Source of the DNA: Octopus bimaculoides
Taxonomy: Eukaryota
Assembly: GCF_001194135.2 (NCBI RefSeq)
Contig: NC_068989.1
Coordinates: 31,729,635 to 31,770,526, forward strand
DNA: 40,892 nt
Reading direction: 5' to 3'
Position numbers and translations under genes: made by a program. This document shows positions 10,602-22,449 of the stretch, piece by piece. Under the pieces are notes generated by a model, which saw only the letters and a program-made list of their open reading frames with translations, was not told where the DNA came from and ran no database searches. Numbering within the stretch: the stretch's first letter is position 1; each line of letters opens with the position of its first letter.

Positions 10602-12300
10602 GTTAATGTAGATAAGATGCAGTTCAGATTTGTGCAGGCAGGAGCACAACTGATGCTATATTCCTGGTTAAGCAACTGCAGGAGAAATATCTAGCCAAAA
10701 ATAAACCCCTGTACCTGGCTTTTGTTGACATGGAGAAAGCCTTTGACAGAGTCTCCCACTCCCTTATCTGGTGGTCAATGTAGCAGCTAGGGATAGACAA
10801 GTAGTTTGCAACAGTTGTACAAGCCACGTACAGGGATGCTGTTAGAAGGGTGAAGATCAGCAAGGAGTATAGCAATGAATTTTGTGTACAAGCAGGGGTT
10901 CACCAAGGATCAGTTTTTAGCCCCTGCTTGTTCATCATAGTCCTCCAGGCAATAACAGAGGAATTTAAGACAAGTTGCCCCTGAGAACTCTTCTATGCTG
11001 ATGACCTTGTTCTTATAGCCAAATCACTACCAGAACTAGAGAAGAAATTTCAGATGCAGAAACAAGGCCTAGAATCAAAGGGCCTCAGAGTTAATCTAGC
11101 AAAACTGAAGTCTTAGTAAGTAGGAGAGCAGACAAATCACAAATCCCTTCAGGTAGATGGCCCTGCTCGATATGTAGAAAAGGCATAGATAAAAACTCCA
11201 TAAGATATACCCAGTGTATGTTATGGTCACACAAAAGGTGCAGCAAAATCAAAGGGAGGTTGACAGGGAAAATAATTTTTGTGTGTGGAAGGTTCACAGG
11301 TACTAGTAACACTAAAAATGTACAGAAAATAGACTCCATCAAATGTCAGTGGGGGAAACTAGAAATAGTTGACAGCTTTTGTTACCTAGGTGACCAAGTC
11401 AGTAGTGGAGGTGGATGCTCCAAGTGAATAGCTGCTAGAATAAGAATAAGCTGGACCAAGGTCAGAGAGCTCCTACCTCTGTTGGTAACAAAGGGCCTCT
11501 CTCTCAGAGTGAAAGGTAGATCATATGATGCCTGTGTACAAACAGCCATGCTACATGGCAGAGAAACGTGGGCTGTGACCACTAAGGACATGTATAGGCT
11601 TGGAAGAAATGAAGCTAGTATGCTTTGCTGGATGTGTAATGTGAGTGTGCATGCACAACAGAGTGTAAGCGTCTTGACAGAAAAGTTGGGTATAAGAAGC
11701 ACCAGATGTAGTGTGCAAGAGAGACAACTGGACTGGTATAGTTATGTGGTGCATATGGACAAGGACAGTGGAGGGAACCTATGGAAGAGGTAGACCCAGG
11801 AAGACACGGGATGAGGTGGTGAAGCATGATCTTCGAATGTTGGGTCTTATGGAGGCAATGACAAGTGACCAAGACCTTTGGCGATATGCCATGCTTGAGA
11901 AGACCTGTCAAGCCAAATGAAATCATAGTAGTGGCCGATGCCAGTATCACATAACTGGCATCCATGCCAGTGGCATGTAAAAAACACCATTGGAACATTG
12001 GGCCTCATAGAGTCAGTAACAAATGACAGAGACCTTTGGTGATATACCATGCTTGAGAAGATCTGTCAAACCAAGTGAGATTATAATCAAGGCCAATGCC
12101 GGTATTGCGTAACTGCCAGTGGCACATAAAAAGCACCCACTATACTCTTGGAGTGATTGGCATTAGGAAGGGCATCCAGCTGTAGAAATCATGCCAAATT
12201 AGATTGGAACCTGATGCAGTTCCCCAGCTAACCAGTTTTCAGTGAGACCATCCAACCCAGACCAGCATAGAAAACAGATGTATGATGATGATGTTGATGA
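10602..12300 (+). mobile_element. RTE LINE RT to 3' end, right part of the interrupted element
   Basis: VNVDKMQFRF..TTDAIFLVKQLQEK..FVDMEKAFDRV..GVHQGSVFSP..YADDL..PHD-like insert..FCYLGD..GRGRPRKT, then the 3' unit and GAT repeats. Confidence 0.9.
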
Positions 12301-13282
12301 AACTGTTTATAGTCAGTAATTGATAGATTTAATTCTGTACTTCAACAGATAAATTCCAACACATTACTACTAAAATAGTCTGTCATATTCGAAAACTTGA
12401 AAAAAGAAAATTGGAATAAAAATAACATTGATGAGTAGATAAAAATGTTAGTGCACAGAATTTAGTCAAGACACACTACATTCTGACTTAATAATTCCTG
12501 CTCCCTTTTCATCATAGACACAGGATGTAATCCATTGAAAAATCAACTTACATTTATTAAAAAAAAATATCGGCATTAGAATAGATTGTAACTTATTCAT
12601 TAAAATATTGGAACCATTTCTGCACATAAGCCAAGAAGTGAGCCTCTAAGTGGTTACTAAAAATGCTAGAAATAGCAACTAAATCTTTCCCAGTACTACA
12701 CTCTACCATTTTAAACAGGATCTAAAAGAGAAATAGCAGCTAAAACTACACTTTACCATTTTTAAAAAAGAATGTAGTCCACTTGATCAGGTCTGATTTC
12801 TACTCATAAAACAATTTATAGCAATAAAAATACAAGCTCCTGCATCGCCAAGAAATTTCTAAATTCATAGAAAATTTCAAAAGCAATGTGTGGAGGTATG
12901 AAGGGAGGTCACAAGGGAAAAATGATGATGGGACCAGAAGCAAGGGGAAGTGACATCACATCAAGAAGTGGTGTCTTCGAACAGCCTCTTTCTTCATCGG
13001 GGAATCAAATGTGACAGATGTGTTGTCGGGGATCGTTTTAGAAAAGTTGTCCTTTCTGGTCAGAAACTCAGGAAGAGTGCATGTGTGGGTACCGTTGAGT
13101 CTTGCTGATTCCTATGACCCAAAGTTTGAATATTCTGTTGCCGATTGCATCTTGAGCTAAGAGCAACCTTATTTATGCCTTACAAACACAAACATTTTTT
13201 AAAGATACAATAAACAGAATCCTATCTTAATCTGAAAAAATAAATACCAATAATTTTATCAAAAAATATTAAAAATACTTAC

Positions 13283-13438
13283 CTGCGTTTTTAAGACATT
13301 CACTTGTTCATCTTTCTCATCAAGCATAAGGCGGTAATTTTCTTCAAGATCTCGTTTAGCCAACTGATCAAGATTAATCTGCTCTTTTAATTCAGATATA
13401 CGTCGAAAAGACTTGTCTTGTGTATGTGCAAGGTTTTT
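13283..13438 (-). CDS. GOLGA4: GOLGA4 coding exon, 52 codons: KNLAHTQDKSFRRISELKEQINLDQLAKRDLEENYRLMLDEKDEQVNVLKTQ
   Basis: Acceptor ttttcaAG and donor GTAAGT, 156 nt, phase 0/0. Strongly resembles the vertebrate golgin-245 segment SQDKSLRRIAELREELQMDQQAKKHLQEEFDASLEEKDQYISVLQTQ (recalled, not searched). Confidence 0.92.
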
Positions 13439-14199
13439 CTTGAAAACAACAAAATTCATAATGTTAAGAACAAGAAAATTCTTTTTCAGACAGGAATAAT
13501 AATTTTTTCAATGCAATTTAGAATTTAATTTCCACCATATAAAACATGCATTCAATGTAGAGTATTGAAAAATAAAAAAAAGCCATATCAGTATGATCAT
13601 TATGCATCACTAAACAAAACAATAATCGAAAAGGTGACAAATTGATTGGCAGTGAGCTCAAAGACAAAAAAATTTACTCTCATCCTGTAACCACTTTCAA
13701 GAACAGTTTAATCCTTTTGCTACCATATTTCTGTAGAAAACACTATCATTGTTTCAATTAATTTTGAAAACATAAATTAACATGAAATTTTGATGGAAGA
13801 TTCAAATCTAGTTCACTCTGAAACAGGAAGTTGGTATCATAGAACCAAGGTTGGTCTCAGGTTGGCTGGTATCAAAAGAATTAATAAATACTAAATTAAT
13901 AGTATAGAAACTTCATAATAATACATATACAAGTCTACATGACCATTTATTTCTGCACACACACACACACACACATATATATACATACATACATATATGT
14001 GTGTGTGTGTATACACACACACTTTATGGATCAAGGCTACCATTGGTTTCATGTTAAGAGAGAAATCCCTTAACAATTATAAAGCCTACCATATGAAATA
14101 TCAGTGTTTGTCTCCAATAAAGAATTTTTATTCACCAATGCAGTGTTCCGCACTCATTCTCATTGTTTGATATTAATGTGTGAGTGTATGTGTGTGTGG

Positions 14200-14244
<45 letters not shown>

Positions 14245-14419
14245 GTACACATTACTTTTCATCGATGACAGAATTGCATAGAATGAATAGAATCCATATC
14301 TGCTAACCATTGAAATATTTTGGAACTATATAAAAAGTGTTCAAATGTATCAATGTTGCTTTTGATATTTTGAACTTGTAGATTTTCCAGATGAAAGCAC
14401 AAGATATTGTTGCACATTT

Positions 14420-14710
14420 GATGTTGAGATATGCAAATTTTAACTGTGAAAATGGGCATCAGACGTAGTGTGCAAGAGAGAAGACTGCTCTGGTATGGTC
14501 ATGTGGTGCATGTAAATGAAGACAGTTGCATGAAGATGTTCCATTCTCCAAATGTGGAGGGAACCTGTGGAAGAGGAAGATCTAGGAAGATGTGGGATGA
14601 AGTTTTGAAAAACGATTTTCAGTTGTTGAGCCTTGTGGAGGAGATGACAAAGGACCAAGACAATTGGCAATTTGCTGTGCTTGACAAGATATGCCCAGCT
14701 GAGTAAGATC
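14420..14710 (+). mobile_element. RTE LINE 3'-terminal ORF fragment
   Basis: ORF 14431-14706: GIRRSVQERRLLWYGHVVHV..GTCGRGRSRKMWDEV. Confidence 0.85.
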
Positions 14711-15289
14711 ACAGCCAAAATGGTGTGACCTTTATGTCCATGCTCCTGCACACAGTCTGTCCCTGAAAAACCTCTACCCCAACAGCCCATCTTTCCAACA
14801 CCTCCCACACTCATATTCTACTCTCATATTCTCCTCACCTCTATCTCACACTCTCACTTGTGAAACTACCTGCACATAATGTGTCCCTATCAAATCTCTT
14901 AGCCACAACATATCTTCCAAACACCTGCTCCCTCTATTTGTGTCTATTCATGTTACCCTCTCTTCCATCTCTCACTCATCTTTTGCAACCTCATGAACTT
15001 ACCCACCCACTCTCTCTACCCAATTCCAGGTATGCTTCACAATACACACCTCCCTGTAACTTGGATGTATACCCTGTCACATTTTCACCAATTTATCTCT
15101 CTCACACACACACAATCCTCACTATTCTCTATCCAACTGAGGTAGTCTTGTATCTCCTCTAATGCAAGATACCTATTTCTGTCCTTCTATTGATACTATA
15201 ATTTCTCATCACCTGGCACTAAGCCTCCTCCCTCAATACTACTCTCCTTGCCCTCAGTAGAAGCAGTTTTGTCTTGTCTTGCAAGTTAC

Positions 15290-15390
15290 TTGGTGACCTC
15301 ACTGCTGTTGGTGCCATATAAAAAGCATCCAATAGACTCTGTAAAGATGTTGGTGTTAGGAAGGTCACTCAGCCATATAAACCATGCCAC
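15290..15390 (+). mobile_element. Decayed RTE 3'-unit copy
   Basis: GGTGCCATATAAAAAGCATCC..GTTGGTGTTAGGAAGG..AAACCATGCC resembles the unit at 1-212. Confidence 0.55.
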
Positions 15391-15762
15391 AGAAATATTG
15401 GAGTTTAGGGTAGGCAGTCTACCAGTGGAGAAATGGATAAAGTACTTTGGGTAGTCAGAGCATGCAACAGAATAATTAAGATGAGAGAAGCTATAGGCAA
15501 CTCAGCAATTTTTATCTCTGTATATGCCCTACAGGTAGGACAAACAAAAGAACAAGAAAACTGCTGGTATGAGACCTTTCTACAAATCATCGCAACAACA
15601 ATTCATTGTGACAATTAGTATATTTTTAAAATATTTGTTTTATGAAACCAGATTAAATTTTATAAATCAACTGAAAGAATGTAATTTAAATAGAAATTTC
15701 ATAAAAGGTTAAAAATAAGAGATTTTTGTCATAGAATCAAAAAACTTTTCCGGATTACTTAC

Positions 15763-15810
15763 CTTTAATTTCTCTTGTTCTTGCAAAAGTTCTTTGAAAG
15801 TAAGAACTAT
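15763..15810 (-). CDS. GOLGA4: GOLGA4 48-nt coding exon: IVLTFKELLQEQEKLK
   Basis: Acceptor cttttAG and donor GTAAGT, phase 0/0. It fills the position of vertebrate LVTAYQMLQREKKKLQ between the flanking exons. Confidence 0.85.
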
Positions 15811-16141
15811 CTAAAAGTAAAAGCAAAAACTTAATGTTTGATGCTTATAAATTGTTTTCATAAATTTATTTTATTTTAAGTAAAGTGTTAATTTTGACAG
15901 TTCTCATCAAAATGACTTACAAATGTATTACCATTTAAGACACATTTTGGATACTTTTTGAGAAGAATACTTTCAGAAAATGAGTTGCTCTTTATACAAG
16001 TAAACATTAAACAACAAAACAGAGGCTCTTATTTTCCAGCCAAATAACCAAATAGGATACTGTGCAATACCTATTTCAATCCTATATTTTGAACTATTTT
16101 CACAATGTTAGACTGTAATATATTCTTGGGAATAGGAAAAA

Positions 16142-16349
16142 TTTTATATCCTTGACAAATGTTGGATATGTAATTTAACGATGTGGAGGTAAAACCAATG
16201 TGATCACATGATGTACTTCACAAGACTCCAAAATGCCCTCTCAACAACTCCTATCAACCTCTTTGTCAACCAATATGCTACTCTTTATAAGAGTTCAGCT
16301 AGCCCATTCTTCCAATCCCCTAGGGGTGTCAATGACTCTCACCACAACA
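16142..16349 (-). repeat. Gypsy 3' LTR, preceded on the minus strand by the PPT TTCAAAGGGGGAGA (16350-16363)
   Basis: Starts TGTTGTGG on the minus strand and is a direct repeat of 20563-20769. Confidence 0.9.
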
Positions 16350-17750
16350 TCTCCCCCTTTGAAATTGACTTCCATTGGAAGTTAATATCATTACTTTTAT
16401 TTATCTATTTTTCTTTCATCACATCTCCCTTTTTGAGATTTTCCACCTAGGAAAGTTTAATATTTTTCCTGTTTAGGCACTACTTCCAACTGTTCTGTTT
16501 GTTTCCTCTTTCTTGTGCTGCTAGGTACGATTTCTTGTGGCATTGGAACATCAAAAGTGTCGTAGAACACTTCCATGAGTATTTCTTTTTTTTTTTTTTC
16601 GTATATCTATTTTTTAACTGGTTTAAATGTCTTTTGTGTTCCCATTTTTTGCCTCTTATCATATATGTCATTTTGCCTATTCCTTTTGTTACTACTCAGT
16701 CTTCCCAGCCTTGTGTTCCATTTTTATATATTTTGAAAAACACCTTGTCACTGATATTGAAATGCTTTGTCATATATTTAGAGTTTTCCCTATTTGTTTT
16801 TCTTACGGGTAGCAACTTGTCAAAAACTGACTTTATTTTTCAAACAAACATTAGTTCCACAGGCGACTTGCCTGAAAAAGTGTTTGGGTTTGGTGTTATC
16901 CTATAAACCCTCAAGAATTGTGTCAATACTGTGTCATCAACTAGCTCGTTTCTTGATTTCTTTAATGCTCTTTTAAATGTATCCATGAACCTTTCCCCTT
17001 GCCCGTTTGATCTTGGGTGATACAGAGGAGTAGTGATATGTTCAATTGAGTACATCTTTCAAAAATTCTTAAATTCATTCACCGTGAATTGTGTACTGTT
17101 ATCAGAGACTATGGTATCTAGATTCATTTTTGGCCAGTAAACATAACTACTCGTAAATGGCTTCATCCTAGAAATTCCTGGATGTCCAGTGCAGAATTCC
17201 TTTAACATTTGACCTTATAGTGAGGTAGACATTACGGCCCTCTGTGCATACATAAGCACATTATCATATATAGAATACAAATTTGAAACTGTGTCGCATC
17301 CAGCCATACATATTTTTTTATTTGTTTCTTCTGATGTCACTATTTTTGTCATTTTTATGATAAACTCGTCCGTCTCTGCCTTAACTTTTATTTCCTCCAA
17401 TGTCACTGGCAATCCATACACAACATTGCACAATATATTTTTTATTTCATTTTCAGCTTTTAACATAACTATCGCTGTGTCTTCTAGTGGTTCACTCTAT
17501 TTTGGTATTAACCTTGACAAACCATCTGCATGTCCCAACTTTTTTGATGACAAATACTACATTTTGAAGTCGTAATTCAGTAGTTTCATTCTCCAGCACT
17601 GCAATCTGTTGGCTGTATGTGAGGGATACCCTTTTTTGATCCATAGATTGACAATAATGGGCTGTGGTCTGTCTGCAGGCAGAGCCTTCTTCCATGTATA
17701 AATTTATGGAATTTTTTTACCGCAGATATGATGACTAATGCCTCTTTTTC

Positions 17751-17932
17751 TGATTTTACACAAATATGAATGAAGCTGGTAGCGTGAAAGCAGTAGCTCA
17801 TGCTTCGCGTTCATTATTGCTGGCTGAGAAAAGTTACAGTCATTTGACTGTAACTTTTCTCAGCTAACAATAATGAGCATGAAGCATGAGCTACTGCTTT
17901 CAGGCTACCAGCTTCATATTTGTGTAAAATCA
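17751..17932. repeat. Long inverted repeat (92/88-bp arms, 2-nt spacer) inside Gypsy RNase H
   Basis: 17751-17842 is the reverse complement of 17845-17932, with 6 substitutions and one 4-nt duplication by my count. Confidence 0.92.
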
Positions 17933-19207
17933 CAGCTCCAATATCACTTTTACTAGCATCTGCTGCCACTACTATTTCTAAATTCAGATCAAAATGTGAT
18001 AACGACAATTCCGATATTAAGACATTTTAAAATTCAAATTACAATGAAAGTAAACAAACAAACGAAGTCTGACCAGTTCCACTTAATGTCTTTTTTTCAA
18101 TAAGTTATTCAAGGGTGCTCTTAAATCATGCATATTCAGTATGTGTACCTGGTAGTAATTTGCAAGCCCCAAAAATGCTTGTAATATTGTAATGTTTGTT
18201 GGAGAAGGCATATTTTTTATTGCACTCACCCTAGACAGGTCTGGTCTGCGTCTGTTTTCATCAATAATCTGCCCTAGATATTTTATTCTTAGCAATTCAC
18301 ACTTTTCCTCACTGAGCTTAAACCCATAATCTTTTAGTCTTTCAAAGACCTTTTTAACATGCTCAGCATGCTGACCCTGAGATTCACTTAGTCAAGGTAA
18401 GCTACAGTGAAATCTGAACCTGCGAGCATAATGTCCATAACTTGTTGGAAAATGCCAGATGCTACCTTTATACCAAGGGGAAGTCGATTAAATTCATACA
18501 ACTCTTTATGGGTATTTATTGTCAATAATTTTGAACATTTCCTCATTGACTTTTACCTGCAAATATGCTTCAGATAGGTCCAACTCTGAGAAAACTTTTC
18601 CTCCATTCAACTTTGTGAAAATTTCCTCTGAACTTGATAACGGGTAATTATAAGGCATCAAACATTCATTTAACCCTGTTGAAAAATCAGCACATACTCA
18701 GATTTTATTATTTATTTTCTTGACATAAACTGTTGGGGACACCCATTTTGTATAATCAATTTTATCAATAATGCCAAGCTTTTCAAGTCTATCCAATTCT
18801 TCCTTAACTTCTTTCAATACTGTGAAAGGTAAAGTTTTTTTTTTGTTTTGTTTTTTTACCAGTATAGTGTTTTCTTTCACTTGAAACTTCACCCCAGTTT
18901 TGGTGCAAAGACCCAATTCATCAGAAAAAGCTTCAGGAAATTTTTTTCTTTTTTTCTTAAATCCTCCAACTCCTTATTTGTACTGGCAGAAGAACCATTC
19001 ACATCTTTACAAAAAATAGTTATGTCTGATTTTTCCATAAGTTAAACAGTTCCATCCAGTCTTTTCCAAATAAATTTGTTGTATTTTTCAACACAAAAAC
19101 TTTGGCTTTCAAGGTTTTTCCATGAAATGTAACATCACTTATTATTTTGCCCATAAAATGCAATTTTTTTCCTGAAACACCTCATGCAATTTTCAAAGTT
19201 TACTTAA

Positions 19208-19428
19208 CCCTTTAGTGTTTAAACCAGCCATATCCGGCCCAATATATTCTACATGTTTTATATTCAAACTGGCAATATCTAGCCTCTCATACCTAACCTA
19301 CATTGACATTCTAAAAATAACCAATCGCATCATTGAAACCTCAAAGCTATAAGATAATGCATGGTTAATTCAAAACAATTTGAGTGAAAAAGTATTACAT
19401 TTAACAGAGTAATCTGAACACTAAAGGG
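19208..19428. mobile_element. 221-bp piggyBac-type MITE inside Gypsy pol
   Basis: TTAA on both sides (19204-19207 and 19429-19432) and a perfect 12-bp TIR CCCTTTAGTGTT/AACACTAAAGGG. Confidence 0.9.
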
Positions 19429-20562
19429 TTAATCTCGGTTTCTCTATTTTTCTCCATGTATCTGTTTTAATTGTGATATTACTGCCCATATCCAATTGTA
19501 ACTTGATATTTACATTATTCATTTTTAAGGACACAAATTTTCTTTCCTGAGCCTCACTTAGAATTTTTGTTAACAATACATTCTTTCTCAAATTTTTTTT
19601 TTGTTTGACCTGTTTTTTTGTTTTGCTATACAATGTAAGTTTTTTGTCCAATTTTTCCACAATCAAAACATTTTCGATTTTTAAAAGGGCAATTACTTCT
19701 AAAATGTAAACCTCTGCAACCATAGCATGGATTTAGTCTTGACTTTCATTTTTCTTTTTTCATATTCATTTCAGGTTGACATGCATGTATCTGCGAGCAA
19801 CCTTTTTCGTGTCATGTCTTAAGTTTATAATCTTAAATTTATAATCCTCCGGCTTCTTCGCCACTGCCTGTAGAGTTAATATTTGGTCCTGTTCTAATTT
19901 TGTTAATATACAGAAATGTATATCAGCATCTTTTCTTGCAGCTAACACTTGAACAAAAATTAGACATCTGAACAAATCTGGAGTTAATTTTATAATTTGA
20001 ATTTTTCACACTTTCTGTTAACAACTCCAGCATAGGTGATGAAATCTTCATCTTTTTTAACTAAATTTAACTAAATTTGTTTCATAGAAACAAATCTCAC
20101 CTGGTTTCTTCAGCAGAATACAATTACAGTATTTTTCGTGTTTGGCAGGAGATAACTTACATAAAAGTAGTTGCACCTTCTTCATGTCATTCCAATTTTT
20201 ACATTCTTCTTTGAAGATTTCTTCATATCATCTAAAATATGCAGAAAAAGTAGTACCTTCTTCTGGGTTATAAAATAAATTCTCCAATTGCGTTTGTTAT
20301 GCTGTTTGATGAGAATGAACCAGAAGTATTTTCAGACTTCTTCAACATTACTTCCAGTAACTGTTGGCATTGTTGCTGCTGTTGTAGTTGCTGTTGTAAC
20401 TGCTGTTGTTGCTATTGCAACTGCACCATGCATGTTAATGACTTTTAATGACTTCCATGTTAATGACTTGTTAATGACTTCCATATTAATGACATTTTCA
20501 TTGATTTCATACCAAAATAAAACTTTAACGTCTGACGCAAGCTTCAACTATCTCGTCACCAC

Positions 20563-20769
20563 TTTAATATCCTTGACAAATGTTGGATATATAATTAATG
20601 GAGGGGAGGTAAAATCTATGTGTTCACATGACGTACTTCATGAGACTCCAAAACACCTTCTCAGTAAGTCCTAGCGACCTCTTAGTCAACCAATACGCTA
20701 CTCTTTACAAGAGTTTGGCTAGTCCATTCTTCCAATCCCCCAGGGATGTCAATGACTCTCACCACAACA
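20563..20769 (-). repeat. Gypsy 5' LTR, followed on the minus strand by the PBS TGGTGACGAG (20552-20561)
   Basis: Direct repeat of 16142-16349. A TGG-initiated PBS lies immediately internal. Confidence 0.9.
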
Positions 20770-21015
20770 AAAAGAGAACAGTTTTTGTGTTAATTGGACA
20801 AATTGGAAAAGCCCATATATTTTTAGATTTGTAGTGACCTTTCCTTTACACAAACCACTCTGTATTTAGAAACTAAATAGAGATGTGTGGCATCTGGAGT
20901 ATGTGTATTCTACTATACCTCCAAGCTGATCCAGTGAGTGTGAAGGGATTTTGTTGACAGAAACTGAAAGAAGCTTCTTTTGTGTGTGTACATGTATATG
21001 TATGCATGTGTCTAT

Positions 21016-21083
<68 letters not shown>

Positions 21084-21169
21084 CTATTTCTGTCCCTCTT
21101 ACCTTAACTCTCATCACCTGGCACAAAGTCACCTCTCTCAATACTACTCCCCTCTCAACTGAGGAGTCT

Positions 21170-21370
21170 TTGACTTGCATGCTATCTGGTGACCTTACTG
21201 AAGTCAGTGCCACTAAAAAATACCAACTACACTCCCCTATAAAGTAGTTAGTGTTGGGAAGGGCATCAAGACATAGAAACCATGCAAAAACAGATAGAGT
21301 TTGGCACAGACCTCTGACTCACCAGCTCCTGTCAAACTGTCCAATTCATGCCAGCAGTTAAATGGTGATC
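21170..21370 (+). mobile_element. Decayed RTE 3'-unit copy
   Basis: GTGTTGGGAAGGGCATC..AGAAACCATGC..GTCAAACTGTCCAATTCATGCCAGC. Confidence 0.6.
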
Positions 21371-21429
21371 ACACACACACAAACACAAACACACACACAC
21401 ACACACACACACATACACACACACACACA

Positions 21430-21665
21430 TGGTGATTGTCATTTCTTTACAGAAGATGACCATCATTTCTAATACTAAATACCATCATGAAACTTCATAT
21501 GACTAGCAAGTCCAGTTTGGGACAAACATACCCTACTGCAGATGTTACAAACATTTTCTGGGATTGGTGTTAAGTCCTGTTAACAAAGTTCTTGTTTCAA
21601 AATGTATTGTTTGATTCTCTGTATTTCAAAAGCTTTTACAACCATTGTAGAACACTTCTTTCCAA
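21430..21665 (-). mobile_element. 3' tip of a BovB-like RTE LINE with a C-terminal zinc-finger-like motif
   Basis: The minus strand reads AFEIQRIKQ..VCNICSRVCLSQTGLASHMKFH* (C-x2-C-x12-H-x3-H), then a short 3' UTR. Confidence 0.6.
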
Positions 21666-21669
21666 ACTA

Positions 21670-22225
21670 ATCACTTTTGACTATAAACTTCTCTCGCAGC
21701 TGTCTTACTAGAAAGGGAGCCTCAATAACTCTTCTACATGGCACAAAACCAAATTGCACCACACCTAGTCTAACTTCTTCCTAACCAGTTGAGCTACAAC
21801 TCATTCTGTAACTTTCATGACTTGGTCTAGCAATTTGATACCTCTGCAATTACTCCTCTTTAAGATAGAACCATTACTCTTGTAAAGGTTGACAAGAATG
21901 TTGCTACACTAGTTGTTGGATATGATCCCTTTCTGTACAACCTGATTAACTATATAGGAGACTAAGCCGTATCTCACTCTGCCAGGTATTTTAAACATTT
22001 TGACAGTAATTCCTGATGGAACAGAGACTTTCCTTCCTTCATATCCTTAATTGCTTTTTCTATCTTACTGCTGTCAACTATAATGGCTGGTTCCACTTTT
22101 GGCTTTACATTTGGAAGGCTCTATTTCTCTTATGCATTTTCCATGTTTAGAAGCCTTTCATAGGAGTACTTCTATGTCTCTTTCTTTTCCGAATTACTAG
22201 GTATAAGTGTACCATTATCTGGTTA
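21670..22225 (-). mobile_element. RTE LINE RT N-terminal fragment (same family as 6575-12300)
   Basis: The minus strand reads IVNQVV..RGIKLLDQVMKVTE..QLVRKK..VQFGFVP..FLVRQLREK. Confidence 0.8.
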
Positions 22226-22449
22226 CCCTAAAGTTGCAAACTTGACAGAAAGAGTGTGTGGGGGAGCTGGAGGATGGGGGACAGCTTTCAAAATCTGAAA
22301 AGAAGGTTTGTGGGAACATTTACCTGCAAGAAAACTGCTCTTGCACATTATCAGATATATTAATATCAATGTAACTGCTCAACAGAGCCACTGTATGTCC
22401 AAATCCTCAAACATTCAGAGCAAAGTAGTAGTAGTAGTAGTAGTAGTAG

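Larger units (their letters stand above)
16142..20769 (-). mobile_element. Ty3/Gypsy LTR retrotransposon, both LTRs present, decayed
   Basis: Domain order gag, protease (LQLDMGS), RT (DYTKWVSPTVYVKK; YLGQII), RNase H (VAADASKSDIGAV; EKEAL; QTDHSPL), integrase (GHPGISRM; HPRSNGQGERF). PBS and PPT are present, and an A-rich 4-5-bp TSD is possible (aaaaa/aaaag). Confidence 0.92.

Noticed and set aside
10217-10694. Long ORFs with poly-I/M/H/D and X runs
   Set aside because: They are translations of the N-gap and the (GAT)n tail. The same applies to the ORFs over 29646-30104 and 33339-33707.
20288-20674. 128-aa ORF with a hydrophobic VVAAVV stretch
   Set aside because: It is antisense to the low-complexity Gypsy leader/gag start and runs into the LTR.
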